Both the position numbers and the translations under genes were made by a program. Shown here in pieces: positions 48,623 to 56,798 of a DNA stretch of 64,000 nt. Below the pieces are notes generated by a model. It was not told the DNA's origin. It ran no database searches and worked only from the letters and a program-made list of their open reading frames with translations. Numbering within the stretch: position 1 is the stretch's first letter; each line of letters starts with the position of its first letter. Source of the DNA: a virus. The stretch is from the IMG/VR virus record IMGVR_UViG_3300020204_000022, positions 8,555 through 72,554 of that record, one strand, 5' to 3'.

Positions 48623-49636
48623 ATGAGACATCTCGTTCCCTTTCGGGTTTACGAATCTAAAAATACTTCTGGTTTGACTTCAGAACAGAAGGATTTTCTG
48701 AATCGTTACACACAAGGAACCTGGAGCGTGAATCCAACAACAGGTCTTGTTGACATTCAGGGGAAATTCTTTTTTAGAACCTACATTAACAAAGAAGCAA
48801 AAAGTTTTTTTGGAGTCAAATTTGGAAATGTAACTGAGGATTTTGATTGTTTGTACACTCAACTCGAATCTCTTGAAGGAGCACCACAGAAAGTTGATGG
48901 GAATTTTGTATGTTCCGACAACGGACTCCAATCCCTGGCAGGAGCCCCGCAGAAAGTTTTTGGAGATTTTAATTGTTCCGACAACGGACTCCAATCCCTG
49001 GCAGGAGCACCACAGGAAGTTGGTGGGGATTTTAATTGTTCCTTCAACCAACTCCAATCCCTGGAAGGAGCACCACGGAAAATTGATGGGGATTTTGATT
49101 GTTCCTACAACCAACTCCAATCCCTGGCAGGAGCCCCGCAGAAAGTTTTTGGAGATTTTAATTGTTCCGACAACGGACTCCAATCCCTGGCAGGAGCACC
49201 ACAGAAGGTTGATGGGTATTTTCGTTGTTATGAAAACCAACTCCAATCGCTAGAAGGAGCACCACTGAAAGTTGGTGGGGATTTTTTTTGTTACGGCAAC
49301 AAACTCCAATCCCTGGCAGGAGCACCACAAGAAATTGGTGGTGAATTTCAGTGTGATGAATTCCAATTAGATCCGGGCGAATGGAACATGGATGGATGGC
49401 TGGAAGTTCTAGAAAATGGATCCGAAGAGGCAAAGAAACTAATTATAACACTTCCCTATTTGGATTCAAACTTCTGGAATTCCAAAATTTCCCAAAATCC
49501 CGAATCAACAATTATTGAACTTTCAGAATTTTGGGACGATTTGCCAGATGAGTTTAGAAATTCAATTCGAATTCCTTCAGATCTGAGGGACGATTTTGAG
49601 AACTTGTTGGAACTGGTGAGATCCGGGATCATGTGA
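48623..49636 (+). CDS. LRR-like repeat protein, paralog of previous gene, with CTS-like N-terminus
   Basis: MRHLVPFRVYE|SKNT at in-frame ATG 48623; same 20-aa repeat unit and same C-terminal domain. Track ORF begins upstream at 48497. Confidence 0.65.
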   Translation: MRHLVPFRVYESKNTSGLTSEQKDFLNRYTQGTWSVNPTTGLVDIQGKFFFRTYINKEAKSFFGVKFGNVTEDFDCLYTQLESLEGAPQKVDGNFVCSDNGLQSLAGAPQKVFGDFNCSDNGLQSLAGAPQEVGGDFNCSFNQLQSLEGAPRKIDGDFDCSYNQLQSLAGAPQKVFGDFNCSDNGLQSLAGAPQKVDGYFRCYENQLQSLEGAPLKVGGDFFCYGNKLQSLAGAPQEIGGEFQCDEFQLDPGEWNMDGWLEVLENGSEEAKKLIITLPYLDSNFWNSKISQNPESTIIELSEFWDDLPDEFRNSIRIPSDLRDDFENLLELVRSGIM

Positions 49637-49644
49637 AATACGAA

Positions 49645-49654
49645 GATATATAAA
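49645..49654 (+). promoter_or_regulatory. Candidate late promoter GATATATAAA
   Basis: Recurrent motif; 13 nt before ATG 49668. Confidence 0.5.
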
Positions 49655-49667
49655 AAAAACAAAAAAA

Positions 49668-50012
49668 ATGAATACACATTTAAAAAAATTTACAACCTTC
49701 TTGAATGAAAACGAATTCCATAAAATCCCAGAAGAAGCTTTTTCCAAAATTTTAGAAGAAATGAAAAAATCTGGAAGAGTTGCAATAGATCTTTACACAA
49801 ATTTCCCTAAATTCCCTGAAGGGTTTTTAAACGGATTAAAGAAACAAGCTCAAAAAGAGGGTACAACTTTAGAAGGAATATTAGATGATAAGATAAAACA
49901 AGATCCTACTCTCTTATATTATTTGAACGACTTTCCAGAAATAAAACAACAAGTTCTGGATAGAACTGGGGAAGATGATTTGTCTGTCGTAGGCTTTCTT
50001 TTGGATAAATAA
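49668..50012 (+). CDS. Putative packaged small protein with CTS-like N-terminus
   Basis: MNTHLKKFTTFLNE|NEFHK. Confidence 0.5.
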   Translation: MNTHLKKFTTFLNENEFHKIPEEAFSKILEEMKKSGRVAIDLYTNFPKFPEGFLNGLKKQAQKEGTTLEGILDDKIKQDPTLLYYLNDFPEIKQQVLDRTGEDDLSVVGFLLDK

Positions 50013-50040
50013 TCAGAAATTATAGAATAGAAAACAGAAT

Positions 50041-50886
50041 ATGGAAATAAAAGAAAAACTTGTTTCAACCAAAAGAAAATTCAAATGTTTGGTTTATAGA
50101 GAAAAGGCTGGTCGAAGAAGTCCTTGGACATGTAATTTTTATATCGGTTGTTCTAATGGATGTACCTATTGTTGCTGCTCTTACATTTTGAAACATAATT
50201 GGGACACTAAGGTAAATTTGATTAGACATTTCGAAAACGAAGATCATGCTTTAAAAATTTTTGAAGGAGAGGTCAGAGAAAATTTAGAATCTCTCCGCTC
50301 TAGAGGTAGACTTTTTTTTTCTTTGACAACAGATGCCATGTTACCTGAAACCAAAGAATTAACATACGGGGCTATGAAAATTTGTCACGACTTAGATATT
50401 CCTTTCAAGGTTTTGACGAAGTGCACAAAGTGGGTTGATGATAAATTTATTCAGGAATTCAAAAATCATGGAACTGTGTGGGGACAGCAGCCAAAGATGG
50501 ATCTGTTCGCGTTCGGGTTTTCTCTAACTGGTCAAGATCAGGTTGAGATTGGAACAGATTCCAATGAAGAAAGAATACAGGCATTGATAAAAATAAACAA
50601 ATTAGGATTTAAAACCTTTGCGAGTTTCGAGCCTGTTATCGATTTCAATTCAACTTTGAATATGATTTCAAAATCTCATGAACATATAGATTTTATGAGG
50701 GTCGGTTTACTGAACGGCCCCACCCGAAATAAGAACATAAATTTGGAAGCAATGGAAAACTTTTTTTCGAGTGTCATGAATAAAATTGGGGATGTCCCAG
50801 TTTATTGGGGAGATTCAATTTTAATTGGTTTAGGTAAGAGAAGAGAAGATCTTCCTGGAAATTGTGTTGTTGAAGAAATTTTCTGA
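50041..50886 (+). CDS. Radical SAM protein (spore photoproduct lyase-like family)
   Basis: CSNGCTYCCCSY (CxxxCxxC) with phage/SPL-like context RSPWTCNFYIGCSNGCTYC. Confidence 0.7.
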   Translation: MEIKEKLVSTKRKFKCLVYREKAGRRSPWTCNFYIGCSNGCTYCCCSYILKHNWDTKVNLIRHFENEDHALKIFEGEVRENLESLRSRGRLFFSLTTDAMLPETKELTYGAMKICHDLDIPFKVLTKCTKWVDDKFIQEFKNHGTVWGQQPKMDLFAFGFSLTGQDQVEIGTDSNEERIQALIKINKLGFKTFASFEPVIDFNSTLNMISKSHEHIDFMRVGLLNGPTRNKNINLEAMENFFSSVMNKIGDVPVYWGDSILIGLGKRREDLPGNCVVEEIF

Positions 50887-51458
50887 TGTCAAAGGTAGAA
50901 TTGATGTACGATGAAGCTCTCAAATGGAAATCTTTTGGGATTGATTCTTTCGTAATGAGGGTAGAAGCCGAATTGGGAAGTAAGAAACTTTCCAAAAAAT
51001 TCGTGAAGTTGAATTCAGAAATGTTACTTTCTAAAGAAAATATTCCAAGCGACGTTAATTTCTTTGGAATTTTTCTTCAAAATTCTGATTTAATTTGTTT
51101 GGATATAGAACATCTCCCATCCGGTTCTGTCCAAAATTTCTTTTTCTTTTTGGAAAGAGTGGGATTAAATCCAGACACATTTCTGATTGAAAATTCACTG
51201 AATGGAGGACTCCATATTTTCTTTAGAAATACAGGAACCAAATTAGAAACCAAACATTTTTTGCAATATGATGGGATAGGGTTCGATGTTCTGACTAAAG
51301 ATAGAGTTTTTACCTCTCCATCTTTCTTTAAATCCAAAAAATATGAATGGTGGAACGGAGGTATAAAAGAGTTTACATCAAAAGAAGATATCCCTATTAT
51401 TCCTTTACCTCTTTTAGAGATGATACAGAAATCTGAGTGTTGGAAAATCAAAAAATAA
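50886..51458 (+). CDS. AEP/PrimPol-like (bifunctional primase-polymerase N-terminal domain-like) protein
   Basis: LICLDIEH...FLIENSLNGGLHIFFRN...QYDGIGFDVLTKDRVFTSPSFFKSKKYEWWNG. Confidence 0.55.
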   Translation: MSKVELMYDEALKWKSFGIDSFVMRVEAELGSKKLSKKFVKLNSEMLLSKENIPSDVNFFGIFLQNSDLICLDIEHLPSGSVQNFFFFLERVGLNPDTFLIENSLNGGLHIFFRNTGTKLETKHFLQYDGIGFDVLTKDRVFTSPSFFKSKKYEWWNGGIKEFTSKEDIPIIPLPLLEMIQKSECWKIKK

Positions 51459-51477
51459 AATTTTGAATTATTTCTAA

Positions 51478-51487
51478 GATATATAAA
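51478..51487 (+). promoter_or_regulatory. Candidate late promoter GATATATAAA
   Basis: Recurrent motif; 12 nt before ATG 51500. Confidence 0.5.
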
Positions 51488-51499
51488 AAAATTGAAAAA

Positions 51500-53143
51500 A
51501 TGTTAACTTACATACATAACTTTTCAAATTGGAAAAATTACAAATCCGAAGGATATCTTGTTGAAAATGTAGATGCAGCAAAGTCTTTCATGGTGAAGAA
51601 ACTAGCCAGGGAAAAAGAAATAGCACCATCTGATTTGTCACCTGAGGATAAAAAAAAGGCCTTAGAAAACAAACAGTTTCTCGAAATTATGGATTTAGTA
51701 AAAGACATGACAGGTTATGCACTTCCCATGGTTAAATTTCATTTCGACCAAGAAATTCCTATTGGATTTCGGAATGAAATTAACAATTTCGATCCAGAAA
51801 AATTCTTCGGAGATGACGAGCAAAACCGAAGAGAAATAAGTAACATTAGCCAACTTCTTGGTTGGCTGAAAACGAGAAAAGTTTTGATCGAGAGATTGCC
51901 TATGTCAGTAGATCAGTATGCTTCTCGACCGACAGAACCAGGTCAAATCAATGGATTTGAATCACTAGCAGATGCAATTAGAACTGTGGAATTGAACCAA
52001 AAAGGAAAATATTTTATAGACAGATTAACCGAAAAATACAAAAAACAATTCAAACAGCTCTCCCCAGAAAAACAACAGGCTTTATACGACATAGGAAATT
52101 CTTTCAGAAAATTCGATATGGAAGCAGCAGCAATTGGAAAGGAAAAAAAAGAATTTCCATCGAATTCTTTCATTTCAAAAATCAAAGCATATGAAAAAGT
52201 AGTAGATATCGAAGGTTTTATTCTAAAAGCTCAAGCTAATTTGAAATCTCTGAATAATGCATCTTATCAAGATATCATAGAAAAAATCAGATCTCTTTCA
52301 CCCCAGGTTGGAATTGTATATGACGAACCCCCCTATTTGGTTTTGTCTTGTAGAACAGAACAAGCACAGATAGATTTATGTTCTATAGCCAACTGGTGTA
52401 TAAATAATGGTAGATGGGGTTCATATGCAGGAAACGTAAACAATCCGGGGATCCAAATCAACATTTTCAATCTTGATTTGCCTGTATCTGATGTTCATTA
52501 TTTAACTGGAACTACTATTACATACGATGGAAGAGTTACTCATTCTTCTGATAAAAACAATAATAATATCTTTCATGCAGATTCAAGAAAATCCATATAC
52601 GACCATTTCAAAGGTTTAGGTTACCCAGAAGATCTTTGTAAAACTTTAGAGTACGTAATTCCGATTGAAATCATGACGAAAAAAACTTTAGAGAAAATAA
52701 AAGCAATTGGTAAAAAAAGTGCCAATAAAAACAATGCTCTGGGAAAAGCTCTATGGGATGTTGCAGGGCAAAAATTAGATAGGATGATTTTACAAGAAGA
52801 ATGGAACGGAATTTTAGACGTTGTTGCCGAAGTACTTCAATCAGAGGACGGACAATTATTTAATTCTCTTAAAAAAATATATTTAGAAGCTGGGGTTCAT
52901 AGTTTAGCATCTTTATCTATTTTTGAACAATTCATTTTTCCAAAACTAACACAAGATGAAAAGCAACAAGTTTTGGTAGCAACTGATAAAATTTTTAAAC
53001 AGTTCCAAGGCCTACAAAGAATATGGAAAAATACAGGGATTAATCAATCCCAAGATGAAATCCAAATTAAGTTAGAAACTACTTTAGCATTGTTAGATCA
53101 TGAAAAAGAAGTAAAAGATTCTCTGAAAATATTGATCGGGTGA
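51500..53143 (+). CDS. Putative packaged protein, copy 1 of a tandem pair
   Basis: MLTYIHNFSNWKNYKSEGYLVE|NVDAAKSFM; about 547 aa. Confidence 0.6.
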   Translation: MLTYIHNFSNWKNYKSEGYLVENVDAAKSFMVKKLAREKEIAPSDLSPEDKKKALENKQFLEIMDLVKDMTGYALPMVKFHFDQEIPIGFRNEINNFDPEKFFGDDEQNRREISNISQLLGWLKTRKVLIERLPMSVDQYASRPTEPGQINGFESLADAIRTVELNQKGKYFIDRLTEKYKKQFKQLSPEKQQALYDIGNSFRKFDMEAAAIGKEKKEFPSNSFISKIKAYEKVVDIEGFILKAQANLKSLNNASYQDIIEKIRSLSPQVGIVYDEPPYLVLSCRTEQAQIDLCSIANWCINNGRWGSYAGNVNNPGIQINIFNLDLPVSDVHYLTGTTITYDGRVTHSSDKNNNNIFHADSRKSIYDHFKGLGYPEDLCKTLEYVIPIEIMTKKTLEKIKAIGKKSANKNNALGKALWDVAGQKLDRMILQEEWNGILDVVAEVLQSEDGQLFNSLKKIYLEAGVHSLASLSIFEQFIFPKLTQDEKQQVLVATDKIFKQFQGLQRIWKNTGINQSQDEIQIKLETTLALLDHEKEVKDSLKILIG

Positions 53144-53164
53144 TAGAAAATAATACATATAAAT

Positions 53165-54823
53165 ATGTTAACTTACATACATAACTTTTCGAATTGGAAA
53201 AATTACAAAACAGAGGGATATCTCGTTGAAAATGTAGATGCAGCAAAGTCTTTCATGGTGAAGAGACTAGCCCGGGGGAAAGAAATAGCACCAGCTGATT
53301 TAACAGAAGAGGATAAAAAAAAGGCCCTGGAAAACAAACAGTTTCTCGAAATTATGGAGCTGACAAAAGACATGACAGGTTATGCACTTCCCATGGTTAA
53401 ATTTCATTTCAACCAGGAAATTCCCATCGGATTTCGGAATGAAATCAACAATTTCGATTCAGAAAAATTTTTCGGAGATGACGAGCAAAATCAAAGAGAA
53501 ATAAGTAGCATCAGTCAACTTCTTGGTTGGCTAAAAACTAGAAAAGTTTTGATCGAAAGATTGCCTATGTCAGTAGATCAGTATGCTTCTAGACCGACAG
53601 AACAAGGTCAGATTACTGGATTTGAATCACTAGCAGATGCAATTAGAACTGTGGAATTGAACCAAAAAGGAAAATATTTTATAGACAGATTAACCGAAAA
53701 ATACAAAAAACAATTCAAACAGCTCTCCCCAGAAAAACAACAGGCTTTATACGACTTAGGAAATTCTTTCAGAAAATTCGATATGGAAGCCGCAAAAATT
53801 GGCACCTACAAAGATAAATTGCCATCAAACGTTTTCCTACAAAAACTCAAAGCCTATGAACGAGAAGTAGATATTGAAGGTTTCATTCTAAAAGCTGAAA
53901 ACACTCTAAAAGCTCTCAATGATTCATCTTATCAAGAAATTATAGAAAAAATCAGATCTCTTTCACCCCAGGTTGGAATTGTATATGACGAACCCCCCTA
54001 TTTGGTTTTGTCTTGTAGAACAGAACAAGCACAAAAAGATTTATGTGCTATAGCCAACTGGTGTATAAATAGAGGCTATTGGGGTTCATATGCAGGAAAC
54101 CAAAGTGATCCAGGACTCCAAATCAACATTTTCAATCTTGATTTGCCTGTATCTGATGTTTATTATCTCACTGGAACTACTATCAAATATAATGGAAGAG
54201 TTACTGCTTCACATGATAAAAATGACCGTAGAATTATGCATCAAAATTCAGAAAAATCCATATACCACCATTTTAAAGGTTTAGGTTACCCAGAAGATCT
54301 TTGTAAAACTTTAGAGTACGTAATTCCGATTGAAATCATGACGAAAAAAACTTTAGAGAAAATAAAAGCAATTGGTAAAAAAAGTGCCAATAAAAACAAT
54401 GTATTGGGAAGAGCTCTATGGGATGTTGCAGGGCAAAATTTGGGTGGGAATATTTCACAAGAAGAATGGAACGGCATTTTAGGAGTTGTTACTGAAGTAC
54501 TCGAATCCGAGAACGGACAATTATTGAATTCTCTTAAAGAAGTATATTTAAAATCCGGAGTTCACAGTTTAGCATCTTTATCTATTTTTAAAGAATTCAT
54601 TTTGCCCAAATTAACACCAGATGAAAAGCTAGAAATATTGGAATCAACAGATAAAGTTTTTGCCCTAATACAAAAAGCAAAAGAGAGATTTGGAGAAACC
54701 TCACAAAATAAACAAAGTACAGGGGAAAGCGATGAAACCAGACAAAGAGTGGAGGCAGTTATAGCCTTGGCAAAGGATGAAGATGAAGTGAAAGATTCCG
54801 TTACAAGATTGGTGGGGTTATAA
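53165..54823 (+). CDS. Putative packaged protein, copy 2 of a tandem pair
   Basis: Nearly identical N-terminal and central regions to the 51500 ORF. Confidence 0.6.
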   Translation: MLTYIHNFSNWKNYKTEGYLVENVDAAKSFMVKRLARGKEIAPADLTEEDKKKALENKQFLEIMELTKDMTGYALPMVKFHFNQEIPIGFRNEINNFDSEKFFGDDEQNQREISSISQLLGWLKTRKVLIERLPMSVDQYASRPTEQGQITGFESLADAIRTVELNQKGKYFIDRLTEKYKKQFKQLSPEKQQALYDLGNSFRKFDMEAAKIGTYKDKLPSNVFLQKLKAYEREVDIEGFILKAENTLKALNDSSYQEIIEKIRSLSPQVGIVYDEPPYLVLSCRTEQAQKDLCAIANWCINRGYWGSYAGNQSDPGLQINIFNLDLPVSDVYYLTGTTIKYNGRVTASHDKNDRRIMHQNSEKSIYHHFKGLGYPEDLCKTLEYVIPIEIMTKKTLEKIKAIGKKSANKNNVLGRALWDVAGQNLGGNISQEEWNGILGVVTEVLESENGQLLNSLKEVYLKSGVHSLASLSIFKEFILPKLTPDEKLEILESTDKVFALIQKAKERFGETSQNKQSTGESDETRQRVEAVIALAKDEDEVKDSVTRLVGL

Positions 54824-54873
54824 ACGGTAAAAAGGTAATTAATACGATTTATAAATTGTCCAAAGGAATAAGT

Positions 54874-55479
54874 TTACAATATTTGACTTGCTAACAATTC
54901 AGCCATAGAGGTTGAACCAGTTCTTTCTATATCTTGTGACATCATTTGATAAATTTTCGGACCCATATTTTCATTTCCCCTTATTCTTCTTTCTTCAAAC
55001 CTAACAAAATTTCCGAAACCATAATCAGTGAGAGTTTCTAAAGCAAATGTGTTTGCATCTTCTTCTAGAATTCTATAATTTGTTAAAAATTGTTGTTCAT
55101 TTCCATCCACAACTGTTTGAAAATATTGAGGCTCAAATATTCCATCGGAATATTGATCACAGTGTCTTGATTCGTGTAAGGCTATGAATGCTTTTATATG
55201 AGGAGGTCCTAAAGCTTTGCTATTTATACAAACGTCTTCTCCGTAAAAAAATACTCCTAATATTGGAAATTGGGTTTCGAATGGGAAAAAATGGATTTTG
55301 AAATTTGGTCTTTCCTGTGTCCAAAGTTCTGTGTATCTTTCCCCCTCATTTTCATTTAAACCTATTCTTCTTGTGAATTCCGAAATGTCTATAGCAGGTG
55401 GTAATGAAGAAAGAATTTCAAATTCTTGACTTGATTCGTTGATTTTGTTGAATGATAGGTAATTTCTAACGTGTTTCAT
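54874..55479 (-). CDS. Putative packaged HExxH zinc-metallopeptidase-like protein
   Basis: MKHVRNYLSFNKINE|SSQE; ...AFIALHESRHCDQYSDGIF...EEDANTFALE. In-frame start at 55479 within track ORF 54874..55575. Confidence 0.6.
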   Translation of the reverse strand: MKHVRNYLSFNKINESSQEFEILSSLPPAIDISEFTRRIGLNENEGERYTELWTQERPNFKIHFFPFETQFPILGVFFYGEDVCINSKALGPPHIKAFIALHESRHCDQYSDGIFEPQYFQTVVDGNEQQFLTNYRILEEDANTFALETLTDYGFGNFVRFEERRIRGNENMGPKIYQMMSQDIERTGSTSMAELLASQIL

Positions 55480-55490
55480 GTTTGAAAATT

Positions 55491-55769
55491 TTATTCCCAG
55501 TCTATATCTACTGCTCCTGCAAATCCAGATCCATGTTGCATTTGTGCTCCTCTTTGTTCTGTTGGCATGAGCCAATCCAATTTGTCAGCCGCTGTTGCTA
55601 AATTTAGTAGGCAATCGGCCAATTCTTTACCTTTCTCTTCTCCGAGAATCCTATTCAGCTCTTGTTTAACTTCTGGCATGACCAAAATTCTTTTGGTGTT
55701 TTTAGCCTCCCCTTGTTGGATAAGATTAATCATTTTTCTTTTTTCAATCTCGGTCATCAATTTTTTCAT
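55491..55769 (-). CDS. Small hypothetical protein
   Basis: Minus-strand operon position between 54874 and 55766 genes; overlaps the upstream ORF by 4 nt. Confidence 0.45.
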   Translation of the reverse strand: MKKLMTEIEKRKMINLIQQGEAKNTKRILVMPEVKQELNRILGEEKGKELADCLLNLATAADKLDWLMPTEQRGAQMQHGSGFAGAVDIDWE

Positions 55770-56791
55770 GTCATCGGGTTATTTTTCAAGAAATCTAGTA
55801 CTTGTTTCAAAGTTGCAAAATCATTTTCTTCTTTAGCTTTTCTTACAATTTCTTTCAATTGTTCTCGATTCATTGTAGAGAAATTTCTTGGGATTTCTTC
55901 CCCTTTTTCGGCAGCAAGATATTCATCATAAGCCTCCTGTTTCTTTCTATACTCTTCTTCCTGTGCTTGATATTCATATTCTTGTTTTAACCATAAATCT
56001 CTTTCTCCTACTCTTTCAATTACAACATCGATTAGTTCATCAATTTGTTTTCTGGCGGTTGGAGTTTTATCCAAAATACCAGACATCAAATTTAAAAACT
56101 CTTCTGAGGGTAGAACTTGTGGATTGATCATGTATCTCCAAAGTTCTTCAGCGAGGTTGTCGTAAATTTCAACTTTGGGGTTTACAAAAATAAAATCTTT
56201 CAGATCTTTTGCTACTTCAGGTCCATATCTCCATTCATCAGGTTCATCAGAAAGCCTAAATTGTGATTCGACTGCTGCATCGAGTTCTCTGTCCCCAGAC
56301 TCAGCATTCTGTGACAAAGCCCTCCAAATTCCCTTCACAGTTTCGTGGATCAACATTGAAAAATCCGCTCCTCTTGCCCTAATAACAGCTCTTGTTTTCC
56401 CTGGAGGTGGACCTTCGTTGGCATCTGTCTTCCTGAAGCCCGAATCGATAAATCTTCTCATTTCTGGACCTGTTGACATTTTTATGTCCAACTTTATGTC
56501 ATAAAAATCCAAAATGGGTTTATATAACTTGGTAATTACTCGTGTGGCTAAATCTTCCAATTCCTTTTCGTGACCCCGAGAAAGTTGCTCAGATCTAGAA
56601 AAATTATACATCATTTCCGAACCTGCTTGTCCTGCTCCGTATCCCCCCTCTGGCTGATTGGCTATATCTAATCTCGTCTTGGCCCTCTGAGTAATTGAAT
56701 CCAAATAACCCTTAGGAATTGAAGTCATGTCCTTTACCCTAACTGCTTCGTTAAATGACAAGAAAGAATAAATTCTATTTGTTTTTGACAT
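55766..56791 (-). CDS. Putative packaged protein with CTS-like N-terminus
   Basis: MSKTNRIYSFLSFNE|AVRV. Confidence 0.5.
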   Translation of the reverse strand: MSKTNRIYSFLSFNEAVRVKDMTSIPKGYLDSITQRAKTRLDIANQPEGGYGAGQAGSEMMYNFSRSEQLSRGHEKELEDLATRVITKLYKPILDFYDIKLDIKMSTGPEMRRFIDSGFRKTDANEGPPPGKTRAVIRARGADFSMLIHETVKGIWRALSQNAESGDRELDAAVESQFRLSDEPDEWRYGPEVAKDLKDFIFVNPKVEIYDNLAEELWRYMINPQVLPSEEFLNLMSGILDKTPTARKQIDELIDVVIERVGERDLWLKQEYEYQAQEEEYRKKQEAYDEYLAAEKGEEIPRNFSTMNREQLKEIVRKAKEENDFATLKQVLDFLKNNPMT

Positions 56792-56798
56792 CTGTTTT

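Noticed and set aside
48680-49253. Long ORFs antisense or out of frame to the LRR-like genes (e.g. 188 aa minus, 136 aa plus, also 47757-48276)
   Set aside because: They mirror the 60-bp repeats of the real genes, so repeat periodicity keeps alternate frames open; no promoter motif or other support.
54874-55575. Longer N-terminus (MAHANRTKRSTNATWIWICRSS...) for the HExxH protein
   Set aside because: It overlaps the neighbouring minus-strand gene, while the internal start at 55479 gives the CTS-like MKHVRNYLSFNKINE, matching the other family members.
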